64,000 bases of DNA from an uncultured virus (IMG/VR IMGVR_UViG_3300024255_000019) (taxonomy: Duplodnaviria; Heunggongvirae; Uroviricota; Caudoviricetes), in IMG/VR virus record IMGVR_UViG_3300024255_000019, one strand, 5' to 3'. Under the pieces are notes generated by a model that ran no database searches, was not told the origin of the DNA, and saw only the letters and a program-made list of their open reading frames with translations. Below are positions 54,492 to 64,000 of this stretch, piece by piece; the stretch's first letter is position 1, and the number at the start of each line of letters is the position of its first letter. A program made the translations under genes and the position numbers.

Positions 54492-54904
54492 AAAAAATCT
54501 TAATTTGCGGGCTTCCTGGTTCGGGTAAGAGCTATCTTGCAGAACCGTTGGCCGAGGAATTGGGCGGTGTTTGGATTAATGCTGACCAAGTACGTGAACA
54601 TTATGACGACTGGGATTTTAGTGACGAAGGTCGTATGAGACAAGCAATGAGAATGAAGTTTCTCGCAGATGGCGTAGTTCGAGCTGGAAAATATGCTATC
54701 ACAGATTTTGTTTGTCCTTTTGAAAGAGCTCGAAAAGATTTCAATGCAGATTATACAGTGTGGATGGATACAATTACAGAAGGCAGATTTGAAGATACTA
54801 ATAAAATCTTTGAGAAGCCAGAAGCTGTAGACCATATCATACACACGTGGCGACAAGACGTACATGTTACTCTTGCAGCTATCATTAGAGCGAGATATGA
54901 GTGA
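54488..54904 (+). CDS. cysC: adenylylsulfate kinase-like protein
   Basis: GLPGSGKS, NADQVR, DWDFSDEGRMRQ, DFVCP, FEKP. Confidence 0.8.
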   Translation: MKKILICGLPGSGKSYLAEPLAEELGGVWINADQVREHYDDWDFSDEGRMRQAMRMKFLADGVVRAGKYAITDFVCPFERARKDFNADYTVWMDTITEGRFEDTNKIFEKPEAVDHIIHTWRQDVHVTLAAIIRARYE

Positions 54905-55115
54905 AGTAACAAAAGCTAGACATTTAGCAAAAGCAGTTACATGGAGAATTATAGCAAGTATAACTACAGCATCAATTGCATTATATTTTGGTTTACCTCA
55001 AAAAGCAGTAGGCGCAGTATTTCTTGCTGATATAGTAATAAAATTTGTATTGTATTATGGGCATGAACGCTTATGGTACAATCATATAAAATTTGGAGTA
55101 AAGGAAAATGATTGA
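54897..55115 (+). CDS. DUF2061-like membrane protein
   Basis: RHLAKAVTWRIIAS...YYGHERLW. Confidence 0.85.
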   Translation: MSEVTKARHLAKAVTWRIIASITTASIALYFGLPQKAVGAVFLADIVIKFVLYYGHERLWYNHIKFGVKEND

Positions 55116-55533
55116 TATTGAGAAGATGTTCGATTATAAAAAGCCAACTGTGCAAATGTTAGGCAGATGGCAACCGTGGCATGATGGCCATACAGAATTA
55201 TTTAAAAAGTGTTTGACAATTACAGGACAAGTTGTTATAATGGTACGTGACGTGTTTAAATTCGAAGGTGATGCTGGAGCAGGTCGTACTGGAGTACAAG
55301 ACGACAATCCATTTGGTATGATACAAACCATTGAAGGTATTGAAAAAGGATTATCAGAGCATGGTTATTATAATGGCCAACAGTATCTGATTTTAGAAGT
55401 ACCAAACATTGTTGACATTAGCTATGGGCGTGGAGTAGGTTACACATTTACAGAGCATGATTTAGGAAAAGATATTCACGAGATATCTGCAACAAAAATT
55501 CGTAAAGAAATGAGAGAAGAAGGTAAATTATGA
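55108..55533 (+). CDS. HxGH cytidylyltransferase-like protein
   Basis: GRWQPWHDGH; YGRGVGY; ISATKIR. Confidence 0.85.
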   Translation: MIDIEKMFDYKKPTVQMLGRWQPWHDGHTELFKKCLTITGQVVIMVRDVFKFEGDAGAGRTGVQDDNPFGMIQTIEGIEKGLSEHGYYNGQQYLILEVPNIVDISYGRGVGYTFTEHDLGKDIHEISATKIRKEMREEGKL

Positions 55534-56141
55534 GATTAGTACCAAGTACTGACCCAATCCTTACTAAGGGACTGGAAGAGTTTGATTTTGAAAAAGTCAA
55601 AGAAATATTTGCAGATGCTGCAGACTTGAAAGAACAGATGGTTGACCTTATGGTAAAACATAAAGGTATTGGATTATCAGCTTGTCAAGTTGGATTAAAC
55701 ATGCGTTGTTTTGTAATTGGAGAAACAAGAGAATCTGCCATTATGGTAATCAATCCAAAAATACTTGGGTTTAGTGAAGAAACAGAATTAGCTCCAGAAG
55801 GTTGTCTAAGCTTTCCAGATATGTTTTTACAAATTGCTAGACCATCACAAGTATCAGCTGAATGGCTAGACGAACATGGTGAAAAACAAAGTGGAACTCT
55901 TGATGGATATGGTGCTCGATGCTTCTTGCATGAGTTTGACCATCTTAACGGAGTAGTATTTAGAAATAAAGTATCTCGTCTTAAATGGGAAAGAGCCCAA
56001 AAGAAAAAATCTAAAATTACAAAACAGCGTAACCAAGTAATGCAATACATGAAAATCTTAGAGCAAGCAGAAAAGAATAAAGCTGCAGTTGCTCAACAAG
56101 AAGAATCTGTAACGCTAGACTTGAGTACAGACAAGGACTAA
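55530..56141 (+). CDS. def: peptide deformylase
   Basis: GIGLSACQVG, EGCLS, HEFDHLNG. Confidence 0.95.
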   Translation: MRLVPSTDPILTKGLEEFDFEKVKEIFADAADLKEQMVDLMVKHKGIGLSACQVGLNMRCFVIGETRESAIMVINPKILGFSEETELAPEGCLSFPDMFLQIARPSQVSAEWLDEHGEKQSGTLDGYGARCFLHEFDHLNGVVFRNKVSRLKWERAQKKKSKITKQRNQVMQYMKILEQAEKNKAAVAQQEESVTLDLSTDKD

Positions 56142-56142
56142 A

Positions 56143-57204
56143 ATGAAGATTGCGATCGTAACAGACTTACACTTTGGCGCTCGAGGAGATAGCCGAGTAT
56201 TCCATGAAGTACAAAGAAAGTTTTTCCAAGAGGTATTCTTTCCTTATGTAGACGAACAAGGTATCACAACTGTGTTTGACCTTGGTGACACCTTTGATAG
56301 AAGAAAGTATGTTAACTTCGTAAGTTTAGACAGGTGTCGTGAGTTCTTCTTTGATGAGCTTAACAAACGTAAAATTGATTTTCATTGCTTAATTGGTAAT
56401 CACGATATCTATTATACCAATACAAATAGCATTAACAGCATGAATCTATTATTGCAAGACTATAAACACTTTAATCTATATGAAGATAAAGCTGAGCATA
56501 TTGAGATTGGTTCAACAACATTCTTGATGCTACCTTGGATTAATAAAGAAAATGCAGAATATAATTACAAGATGCTTGCCGAAAGTAAAGCTGATGTAGT
56601 TATGGGTCACCTTGAAGTCAAAGGATTTGAGATGTTAAAAGGTGTTCCATGTACTCACGGTACAGAAATGGAAGTATTTAAGAATTTTGAAGATGTTTAC
56701 TCTGGTCATTTCCATCACCCATCTCGCTATGGAAATGTAGAATATCTCGGAGCACCCTATGAAATGACTTGGTCAGATTATAATGGTAGCCGTGGATTCC
56801 ATGTCTTCGATACTGAAACAAGAGAGATGACCAAACACGAAAACCCTAACAAAGTCTTTTATAAAATAGATTATGATGATTCAGATTGGACAGTGGATAC
56901 TGTAGCCAATTTTGATGTTGACAAATATAAAGATACATTTGTAAAGGTAATTGTGAAAAACCGTACCAATGCTTATTTGTATGACCTCTTTATGAGTCGT
57001 ATGAGTGAGTCTGGTGCAGTTGATGTCAAGGCAATTGATGATAATCTTAACCTTGAACATGTCGGAGTCGATGAAGTACTTGACGAAACAAAAGACACTG
57101 GAGAAATCCTTCACCAGTATATAGATAGTATAGAGACCCAAGTCGATAAAGGAAGAGTAAAACAAGTTATCGACGACTTATATCATGAGGCCCTTAGTTT
57201 ATAA
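56143..57204 (+). CDS. gp47: recombination endonuclease subunit (gp47)
   Basis: DLHFG, GDTFD, GNHD, GHFH. Confidence 0.95.
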   Translation: MKIAIVTDLHFGARGDSRVFHEVQRKFFQEVFFPYVDEQGITTVFDLGDTFDRRKYVNFVSLDRCREFFFDELNKRKIDFHCLIGNHDIYYTNTNSINSMNLLLQDYKHFNLYEDKAEHIEIGSTTFLMLPWINKENAEYNYKMLAESKADVVMGHLEVKGFEMLKGVPCTHGTEMEVFKNFEDVYSGHFHHPSRYGNVEYLGAPYEMTWSDYNGSRGFHVFDTETREMTKHENPNKVFYKIDYDDSDWTVDTVANFDVDKYKDTFVKVIVKNRTNAYLYDLFMSRMSESGAVDVKAIDDNLNLEHVGVDEVLDETKDTGEILHQYIDSIETQVDKGRVKQVIDDLYHEALSL

Positions 57205-58916
57205 TGCGAATTCAATTTAAGAAAATTAAATACAAAAACATATTATCCACAGGAAACAACTTTACCACAATTGATTTTGATACCAAACCAACCACTCTAA
57301 TCAGTGGTACTAACGGTTCGGGTAAGAGCACATTGCTTGATGCGATCGTGTTCGGTCTATACGGAAAGCCATTTCGTAAAGTCAACAAAGGTCAGTTAAT
57401 CAATACAATTAATAACAAAGAGTTGTTGGTTGAGATTTACTTTCAAGTTGGTGGTAAGAACTATATGGTTAAACGAGGAATGAGACCCGTTGTATTTGAA
57501 ATCTATCAAGATGGTCAACTCATTAACCAAGACGCAGCAAAGAAAGATTACCAAGAGTATCTAGAAACATCTATTATTGGTATTAATTATAAATCTTTTA
57601 ATCAGATTGTTGTACTTGGTTCAGCTACCTATGTTCCCTTTATGGAATTACATGCTGGAGCAAGAAGAGATATCATTGAGGATTTACTAGACATTCAAGT
57701 ATTCAGTACAATGGGATGGTTAGCTAAAGACCAAATGAAAGAAACAACTGATGACATCAATGATAATGCTTATCAGATTGAGTTAACAGAATCTAAAATC
57801 GAAAGCGCTAAAGAGAATAACAACGAGATTCGTAAGATTAAAGAAGTTGAAGTATCTAAAATTAAAGAACGTATGGGTGTAGAAATAGATGCTGTAGAAT
57901 CTAAAAACGAAATCATCGATACACAAGATGAGATTATTAAAACTCTTTATGATGATATATCCGATAAAGCTGACGAGAAAGAAAAATTCCAAGAGGCTAC
58001 AGAAAAGAGAGCAGAACTTGAACGAATGCGTATTGCGTTTGATAAAGAGCTTAGTTTCTATGAGCACAATGATGATTGCCCAACCTGTAAACAAGGTATT
58101 GAGCACGACTTTAAACAAGAACAAATTAATAATAAGAACGAACAAAAAGAAGATATCGAAAGAGGATTAGCTGCAACAGCAAAAACAATTAAGACACACC
58201 AAGACAGACTCAACTCAATATCTAAAGTCGAAACACAAATACAAAATGTTAACTTCAAAATCTCAGAGTATCGTGCTGAAATCAAAATGTCTAAGAATGC
58301 TTTAGTAGCTATGAAGAAAGAATTAGATAATGCACAAAGAGAAGTAGATGAAGTTGATGTTAGTAAACTTTTAAAATTAGAAAAAGACTTAGCAAAGAAA
58401 CAAGAACAGAGAACAGAACTTCTTGATGAACGAGAAGTACTCAGTGTTGTTAGAACTATACTACAAGATGGTGGCATCAAAGCTCGTATTATCAGTCAGT
58501 ATATTCCAGTTATGAATAAGCTTATAAACAAATATTTAGCTGCATTCGACCTCTTCGTTGACTTCCAACTTGATGAGAACTTCAATGAGATTATCAAATC
58601 TCGTTTCAGAGATAAGTTCTCTTATGCTTCTTTTTCAGAAGGTGAGAAACTACGTATTACACTTGCGATCATGCTAACATGGCGATCAGTTGCTAAATTA
58701 CGTAACTCAGTATCTACAAATCTTCTTATACTTGATGAAACTCTAGATGGTGCACTTGATAGTGTAGGTATCGAAAGTTTAATTGAAACTCTGCACAGCT
58801 TGAATGCTGATGACAATGTATTCGTTATCTCACATAGAGGTGACCAATTCGCAGAGAAATTTGACACTAGTATCACGTTCCAAAAGGTGAAAAACTTTAG
58901 TGAGATTGCTGCATAA
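57204..58916 (+). CDS. gp46: recombination ATPase subunit (gp46)
   Basis: GTNGSGKS, CPTC zinc hook, FSEGEK, LILDE. Confidence 0.96.
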   Translation: MRIQFKKIKYKNILSTGNNFTTIDFDTKPTTLISGTNGSGKSTLLDAIVFGLYGKPFRKVNKGQLINTINNKELLVEIYFQVGGKNYMVKRGMRPVVFEIYQDGQLINQDAAKKDYQEYLETSIIGINYKSFNQIVVLGSATYVPFMELHAGARRDIIEDLLDIQVFSTMGWLAKDQMKETTDDINDNAYQIELTESKIESAKENNNEIRKIKEVEVSKIKERMGVEIDAVESKNEIIDTQDEIIKTLYDDISDKADEKEKFQEATEKRAELERMRIAFDKELSFYEHNDDCPTCKQGIEHDFKQEQINNKNEQKEDIERGLAATAKTIKTHQDRLNSISKVETQIQNVNFKISEYRAEIKMSKNALVAMKKELDNAQREVDEVDVSKLLKLEKDLAKKQEQRTELLDEREVLSVVRTILQDGGIKARIISQYIPVMNKLINKYLAAFDLFVDFQLDENFNEIIKSRFRDKFSYASFSEGEKLRITLAIMLTWRSVAKLRNSVSTNLLILDETLDGALDSVGIESLIETLHSLNADDNVFVISHRGDQFAEKFDTSITFQKVKNFSEIAA

Positions 58917-58921
58917 AGTAG

Positions 58922-58950
58922 TTGACAAATCTCTCAGAACGTGTTATAAT
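58922..58950 (+). promoter_or_regulatory. promoter for gp43
   Basis: TTGACA, 17 bp, TATAAT. Confidence 0.85.
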
Positions 58951-58973
58951 AGTCCCTTACAATATGGAATAAT

Positions 58974-61520
58974 ATGAGTATGACTTCATTCTACACTTCA
59001 GTCGAGCGTTACGGCAATAATATCTTGCATCGTGGTTACGAAAACGGTAAACGTTTTTCATATCGCGTTCCTTATAAGCCAACTCTCTACTTACATACAC
59101 CAAAATCCGGTGACGAGGGATATACTTCTCTTAAAGGTAATTTACCATTGAGTCCACAGCAGTTTGGCTCGATGCGTGAATCCAAAGAATTTACTGAAGA
59201 ATACAAAGGTGTTCACGGTATGAAAATCTTTGGTAACACAAACTATACTGCTCAATTTATCCAAGAAAATTATCCCGACGATGTACGTTATGACATTAAC
59301 CAAGTCAACATCGTCAGCTTCGACATCGAGGTCGATATCAGTGACGGGTATGCAAACACAGAATATGCTGACAAAGAAATCACATCTATTGCATACAAAT
59401 CTTCAAAATCAAATATCTATTATTTGCTTGGTCGTAAAGACTTTGACAAGACTCAAACTATCACTGGTATTGACCCCGATAATATTATGTTCATCAAGTT
59501 TGACTCAGAGGTACAATTACTGAGACGCTTTGTTGAGATATGGGTATCTGATTATCCTGATGTTGTAACAGGTTGGAACGTCCAATACTTTGACATTCAG
59601 TATATTGTGACTCGTATTACAAATCTATGTGGTGAAGAGTTATCAAAACGACTCAGCCCTTGGAATAATATTCGTAAATATTCGCGAGAAGTATTTGGTA
59701 AGGTACAATCATCTTACACAATTTCAGGTGTTGCTGTTATTGACTATATGGATGCATTCAAAAAGTTTGGTTACAAATACGGACCACAAGAATCTTACAG
59801 ACTTGACCATATTGCAAATGTTGTACTCGGTGAAAAGAAACTTGACTATTCTGAATATGGTAACTTGACTGCTCTTTACGAACAGAATCCACAACTCTAT
59901 CTCGACTATAACTTAAAAGATACACAGCTTATTGAAAGGCTCGAAGAGGAAACATCTCTACTTGCTCTTGTGATGACTGTTGCTTATGGTGGTGGAGTTA
60001 ACTATAACGATGCATTTGGTACTGTTGGTATCTGGGAATCTATTATCTATCGTAAACTTATGAAAGATAAAATTGTTCCACCAATTAAAGAATCACCAGG
60101 TCAACGAGGTTCTGGTCTTGTAGGTGGTTATGTTAAAGACCCTAAACCTGCAATGTACCCTTGGGTAGTATCATTTGACTTGAACTCACTATATCCTCAC
60201 TTGATGTTACAATACAATATGTCACCTGAAACTTATTCGCATGACGACCGTGAGTATGTAACTCAAGACATGGTACTCAAAGGTGAGTTTAAAAATACAA
60301 ACAAAGATTATTCAGTTGCAGCCAATGGTGCATGTTTCAGTAATAAAAAGATGGGTATCATTCCAGAGATTATTGATGAGTACTATAATAACCGTGCCAA
60401 AATCAAACAACAGATGCTTGCAGTTGAACAACAACTTGAAGTTGAAACTGACCCAGCTGAAAAGAAAAAGTTAAAGACAGAAGCTAACCAATTACATAAT
60501 TCTCAGATGTCCATAAAGATTTCTATGAACTCACTTTATGGTGCTACAGCAAACATATATTTCTTATACTATATTAATGATATGGCTGAAGCTATTACAA
60601 CATCTGGCCAGCTCAGTATTCGATATGCAGAAAAATCTGTAAACGATTATCTTAACAAAGTACTTAAAACAACTAACAAAGACTATGTTATCTATATTGA
60701 TACTGACTCAGTCTATGTTGACTTTGCTTCACTCATTGAACAAGTATATGGTACGACAGACATTGATCGCAAGACTGGAGAAGAGTTCTTAGATAAAGTC
60801 TGTAAATCAAAAATTGAAGAAATCATTGAAGCAGGTTACGAAACTCTTGCATCTGATATGGGTGCCTATCGTAATGCGATGGTAATGAAAAGAGAGAAAA
60901 TCAATGACCGTGCAATCTTCATTGCAAAGAAACGATACATACTGAATACTCTCAACTCAGAAGGTGTTCACTATGAAAAACCAAAAATCTCTGTTACAGG
61001 ACTTGAAAGTGTTCGTTCATCTACTCCAGAGATATGTCGTGACAAGATGCGAGAAATCTTCAACGTAATTCTAAACGAAGGTGAAGAGCAAACTCAAAAA
61101 TTCATTAGTGACTTTAAACAAGAATTCTTTAAACTACCTGCACAGGTTGTTGCTCGTAACTCAGGTACTGATAACATTGAGAAGTATATGACCAAGGGTG
61201 GTTACAAGAAAGGCTGTCCTATACATGTTCGTGGTTGTATCTTGTTTAACCATTATCTTAAAGAGAAAGGTCTCAGTAAACGATACGAGTCCGTTCAGTC
61301 AGGCGATAAGATTAAGTTCGTCTATCTCAGAGTACCAAACCCACTTCGTGAAAATGTAATATCATTTCCAAATGTTCTACCAAAAGAACTTGGACTCGAG
61401 CAATATATAGATTACGAAACACAATTTAACAAAGTTTTTCTCAGTCCCATAGAGCATATCATTGAAGCTCTCGGCTGGACTTCAGAAAAACAAGATAACC
61501 TTGACGACTTTTTTAGTTGA
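58974..61520 (+). CDS. gp43: family B DNA polymerase (gp43)
   Basis: FDIE, DLNSLYP, KISMNSLYG, YIDTDS; C-terminal LDDFF clamp-binding motif. Confidence 0.97.
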   Translation: MSMTSFYTSVERYGNNILHRGYENGKRFSYRVPYKPTLYLHTPKSGDEGYTSLKGNLPLSPQQFGSMRESKEFTEEYKGVHGMKIFGNTNYTAQFIQENYPDDVRYDINQVNIVSFDIEVDISDGYANTEYADKEITSIAYKSSKSNIYYLLGRKDFDKTQTITGIDPDNIMFIKFDSEVQLLRRFVEIWVSDYPDVVTGWNVQYFDIQYIVTRITNLCGEELSKRLSPWNNIRKYSREVFGKVQSSYTISGVAVIDYMDAFKKFGYKYGPQESYRLDHIANVVLGEKKLDYSEYGNLTALYEQNPQLYLDYNLKDTQLIERLEEETSLLALVMTVAYGGGVNYNDAFGTVGIWESIIYRKLMKDKIVPPIKESPGQRGSGLVGGYVKDPKPAMYPWVVSFDLNSLYPHLMLQYNMSPETYSHDDREYVTQDMVLKGEFKNTNKDYSVAANGACFSNKKMGIIPEIIDEYYNNRAKIKQQMLAVEQQLEVETDPAEKKKLKTEANQLHNSQMSIKISMNSLYGATANIYFLYYINDMAEAITTSGQLSIRYAEKSVNDYLNKVLKTTNKDYVIYIDTDSVYVDFASLIEQVYGTTDIDRKTGEEFLDKVCKSKIEEIIEAGYETLASDMGAYRNAMVMKREKINDRAIFIAKKRYILNTLNSEGVHYEKPKISVTGLESVRSSTPEICRDKMREIFNVILNEGEEQTQKFISDFKQEFFKLPAQVVARNSGTDNIEKYMTKGGYKKGCPIHVRGCILFNHYLKEKGLSKRYESVQSGDKIKFVYLRVPNPLRENVISFPNVLPKELGLEQYIDYETQFNKVFLSPIEHIIEALGWTSEKQDNLDDFFS

Positions 61521-61545
61521 CAAATACAAACAAACGTGTTATAAT
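61517..61545 (+). promoter_or_regulatory. early-type promoter
   Basis: TTGACA, 17 bp, TATAAT. Confidence 0.85.
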
Positions 61546-61556
61546 ATAACACAATT

Positions 61557-61856
61557 ATGGAGAACATTATGAAAGATGTACAATTAGTAAGACTAGTAAC
61601 AGGTGAAGAAGTTGTTGCAGAAGTTAGTTACGATAAGGGATTTTATACCCTAACAGACGCAATTCTGCTAGTCCCAGCAGGAGAAGGTAAAATTGGAATG
61701 GTTCCATTTGTACCTTATGCAAAACGTGAACCAGTCGTTATCGGCGAAGCTCATGTTATGTTCCAATTAACTCCTGCAGATGAGTTAAAAAGACAAGTGA
61801 TTGAAGCTACCACAGGTATTTTGATGCCAGGTAACGACGGACTTAAATTAGTATAA
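61557..61856 (+). CDS. conserved T4-like hypothetical protein (Sm-like)
   Basis: LVRLVTGEEVVAE motif. Confidence 0.8.
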   Translation: MENIMKDVQLVRLVTGEEVVAEVSYDKGFYTLTDAILLVPAGEGKIGMVPFVPYAKREPVVIGEAHVMFQLTPADELKRQVIEATTGILMPGNDGLKLV

Positions 61857-61865
61857 GGAGATAAA

Positions 61866-62093
61866 ATGGTAAAAATATATGGCAAACCATCATGTGGTTA
61901 TTGTGTAATGGCTGAATCGTTGTGTAAACAAAAGAGCGTTCCATATCAATATCTCAGTTTAGATAAAGATTATACAACTGAAGAATTTTTTGAAACTTTC
62001 CCTGGTGCAAGAACCTTCCCACAAATTCAAATCGAAGGTGAAAACATCGGTGGATATACTGAATTAGAAAAGAGGTTAAAGTTAAATACATGA
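61866..62093 (+). CDS. glutaredoxin
   Basis: CGYC; ARTFPQI; IGGYTEL. Confidence 0.92.
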   Translation: MVKIYGKPSCGYCVMAESLCKQKSVPYQYLSLDKDYTTEEFFETFPGARTFPQIQIEGENIGGYTELEKRLKLNT

Positions 62094-62413
62094 AATATAA
62101 AATCTTAACAGTAGCAACTTTATTTGCTATCGGTCTTACAGCACAAGCAGAAGAAAGGCTTGATAGTTATAAAGAAATCAGACCAGTGTGGAAAACCTGT
62201 GCAGCATGTCATGGCCCACAAGGTCAAGGTGGCATCGGTCCAAAACTCGCAGGACAAAGTACTGATGACATTATCAGTAAGCTTTTAAAATATAAAGCTG
62301 GTGAAACAGTTGGACCACAATCTATGTTGATGTGGGGAACAGCTAAAGGTTTAACTGATGGACAAATTGGTACCATCAGCGTATACATTACACAAGGATT
62401 TCCAAATGAGTAA
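62090..62413 (+). CDS. secreted class I cytochrome c (c553-like)
   Basis: Signal peptide; CAACHG; GPKLAGQ; distal Met. Confidence 0.9.
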   Translation: MKYKILTVATLFAIGLTAQAEERLDSYKEIRPVWKTCAACHGPQGQGGIGPKLAGQSTDDIISKLLKYKAGETVGPQSMLMWGTAKGLTDGQIGTISVYITQGFPNE

Positions 62414-62816
62414 AAATTGGGTAGAAGATATCCATGTCATGCAAGGTAAATATCTTACAAGACAATGGGTAGAAAAGAATCCAGAGAAACTACAAAAGTT
62501 TCTTGAGTTTCGTGTTGACTTTCTTAATGAAGAGTTAGAAGAAACTCGTAAAGCTGTATCTGAATATGATGCAGAAGAGATTGTAGATGGATTAATTGAC
62601 CTATGTGTTGTAGCTATTGGTACACTTGATGCATTTGGAGTTGACCCTTATAAAGCTTGGGACGAAGTACTTAAAGCGAACATGAACAAAGAGGTAGGTG
62701 AAAAGCCATCTAGGCCAAATCCACTCGGAGTACCAGACTTAATTAAACCAGATACATGGTACCCACCTTCGCATGAAGGTAACCATGGTAAATTTGCAAA
62801 CTTAAAAGGAGAATAA
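62406..62816 (+). CDS. MazG-like NTP pyrophosphohydrolase
   Basis: EELEE...EIVDGLID...VLKANMNK...DLIKP; start moved to MSKNW. Confidence 0.85.
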   Translation: MSKNWVEDIHVMQGKYLTRQWVEKNPEKLQKFLEFRVDFLNEELEETRKAVSEYDAEEIVDGLIDLCVVAIGTLDAFGVDPYKAWDEVLKANMNKEVGEKPSRPNPLGVPDLIKPDTWYPPSHEGNHGKFANLKGE

Positions 62817-62818
62817 AA

Positions 62819-63061
62819 ATGGCAATGAAAGAACTATCAATGAAAGAACTATTAGTGAATGCACTCATTTCTAAATATGAAGCAGCGATCGCAGAACACA
62901 CAGCAAACATAGCAGTAATGCTTGAGCAAGGTGTTGGAGTAGCTGAACATCCAGGTATTGTTGAAACATTGGATTTAGAAATGGCTAAACTTGCTGAAGC
63001 TGAAGATAAACTCAGTACAGCAAAACAATTTTGTGCACCAATTCCACCTAAAGTTGTATAA
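62819..63061 (+). CDS. conserved phage hypothetical protein
   Basis: GVGVAEHPGIVET motif. Confidence 0.8.
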   Translation: MAMKELSMKELLVNALISKYEAAIAEHTANIAVMLEQGVGVAEHPGIVETLDLEMAKLAEAEDKLSTAKQFCAPIPPKVV

Positions 63062-63075
63062 AATACAAATAATGG

Positions 63076-63104
63076 TTGACAAACACACATTAGTGTGTTA
63101 TAAT
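63076..63104 (+). promoter_or_regulatory. early-type promoter
   Basis: TTGACA, 17 bp, TATAAT. Confidence 0.85.
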
Positions 63105-63129
63105 AACATTTTATATTATGGAGTAAGCG

Positions 63130-63465
63130 ATGACTAAACAAGTCAACCCAGTTTCGGTTGATGTACTACAAGAGTGCGTTGACCTTCAGTTGAAAAAGTC
63201 AAGGGATTATCAAAATCCTAATTCGACAGTTCAACAAGCCGACTACTATCCTAACGGAATCACAACCATACATGACATCATGCATGCAAAAATGCTACGT
63301 ATGAAATCAGTTATGGAAGCGATGGCGTCGGACGATTATGACCCTAACTTTGAGTCCCTTGAAGATTCAGCAAAAGACCTTATAAACTATTCAAGTTTCT
63401 TTGTCTCTTATTGTCGTCAAGGTATTTCAGGTCAGGATAAAACTAAAGATGTATTTAACAAATAA
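63130..63465 (+). CDS. nucleotide-modification-associated helical protein (DUF1599-like)
   Basis: LQLKKSRDY...K..R...ESLEDSAKDLINY. Confidence 0.65.
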   Translation: MTKQVNPVSVDVLQECVDLQLKKSRDYQNPNSTVQQADYYPNGITTIHDIMHAKMLRMKSVMEAMASDDYDPNFESLEDSAKDLINYSSFFVSYCRQGISGQDKTKDVFNK

Positions 63466-63477
63466 CAGGACTATATT

Positions 63478-63732
63478 ATGAGTAACATTATTATACCTTC
63501 AAGCGAAGAAGATAAAAAACGCATACGTGGAGCATTTGAAGAAATCAGTAATTCATTTGTACGAATTGAAGCAGAAAGAGCATTTCAAAAAGATGCTATT
63601 GATGCACTAGCTGATGACGTTGATATCCCTAAAGGAACACTTCGTAAAGCTGCAAGACTATTTCACAAACAAAATATCAGCTCAGTCGTAACTGAAGTTG
63701 AAGACATGGAAGCATTGCTGGAGAGTATTTAA
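63478..63732 (+). CDS. dsDNA-binding protein (T4 DsbA/GapR-like)
   Basis: EISNSFVRIEAER...LRKAARLFHKQN. Confidence 0.7.
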   Translation: MSNIIIPSSEEDKKRIRGAFEEISNSFVRIEAERAFQKDAIDALADDVDIPKGTLRKAARLFHKQNISSVVTEVEDMEALLESI

Positions 63733-64000
63733 TGTTAACAGTTGGTAACATAAGACAACTAATCATTGATAAGTACCTTGACGAAGATTTTGTAATCGAC
63801 AGAACAGGTGCTAAAACAATTGAAATCATTGGTGCAACATTTGTTGCTGACCAAGATTATGTTATTCGTAAACCTGCTTATGCTTATATCGAGCGTGAAT
63901 TAGAGTGGTACAAATCTCAATCACTTAATGTAAACGATATCCCAGGAGAAACTCCTCAGATATGGAAAGACATTGCATCGACAGAGGGCCAGATTAATTC
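63732..64000 (+). CDS. thymidylate-synthase-fold protein, probable dNMP hydroxymethylase (runs off the window end)
   Basis: Translated by hand: MLTVGNIRQ...DRTGAKTIEIIGATFVAD...YIERELEWYKSQSLNV...PQIW...GQIN, resembling the T4 gp42 N-terminus. Confidence 0.75.
   Translation, partial: MLTVGNIRQLIIDKYLDEDFVIDRTGAKTIEIIGATFVADQDYVIRKPAYAYIERELEWYKSQSLNVNDIPGETPQIWKDIASTEGQIN

Noticed and set aside
7717..61520. Introns or inteins in nrdA, nrdB, gp41, topoisomerase or gp43
   Set aside because: All are continuous and of normal length.
1489..63141. Many antisense or alternate-frame track ORFs (e.g. 1489, 12452, 21758, 27745, 46261, 58058, 62743)
   Set aside because: Shadows of well-supported genes, with Ser/Phe/Leu-rich composition and no RBS.
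1..64000. Stop-codon reassignment
   Set aside because: Core genes are intact under the standard code and no suppressor tRNA is present.

Overview
64 kb of an AT-rich T4-like (Tevenvirinae/Kyanoviridae-type gene set) myophage genome, most likely aquatic. Bases 1-45,000 are mostly minus strand and 45,100-64,000 mostly plus strand, diverging from a cluster of early promoters. Core genes: nrdA, Grx-fused nrdB, gp61, gp41, uvsX, gp32, gp59, gp33, thyX, topoisomerase (gp39/60 and gp52), gp3, uvsY, uvsW, gp55, gp47, gp46, gp43, a lysis module and three canonical tRNAs. Auxiliary genes are numerous: rpsU, peptide deformylase, ALA synthase, glyA, heme oxygenase with a PcyX-like bilin reductase, cytochrome c, APS kinase, sulfotransferase, glycosyl- and methyltransferases, and a probable dNMP hydroxymethylase. 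Signals that standard annotation would miss: (1) a 72-nt CCA-ending RNA (40796-40867, minus) shaped like the tRNA-like domain of tmRNA, with alanine identity, an alphaproteobacterial tmRNA-type T-loop and no tag-coding region; (2) an ORF-free ~560-nt structured RNA with its own promoter and terminator (474-1037, minus); (3) a late-expressed set of proteins sharing a T4 capsid-targeting-like N-terminus and repeated prohead-protease-like sites, including a nucleotidyltransferase polyprotein and a nuclease-like/ligase-like pair. All calls come from reading motifs by eye; no database searches or folding programs were run.
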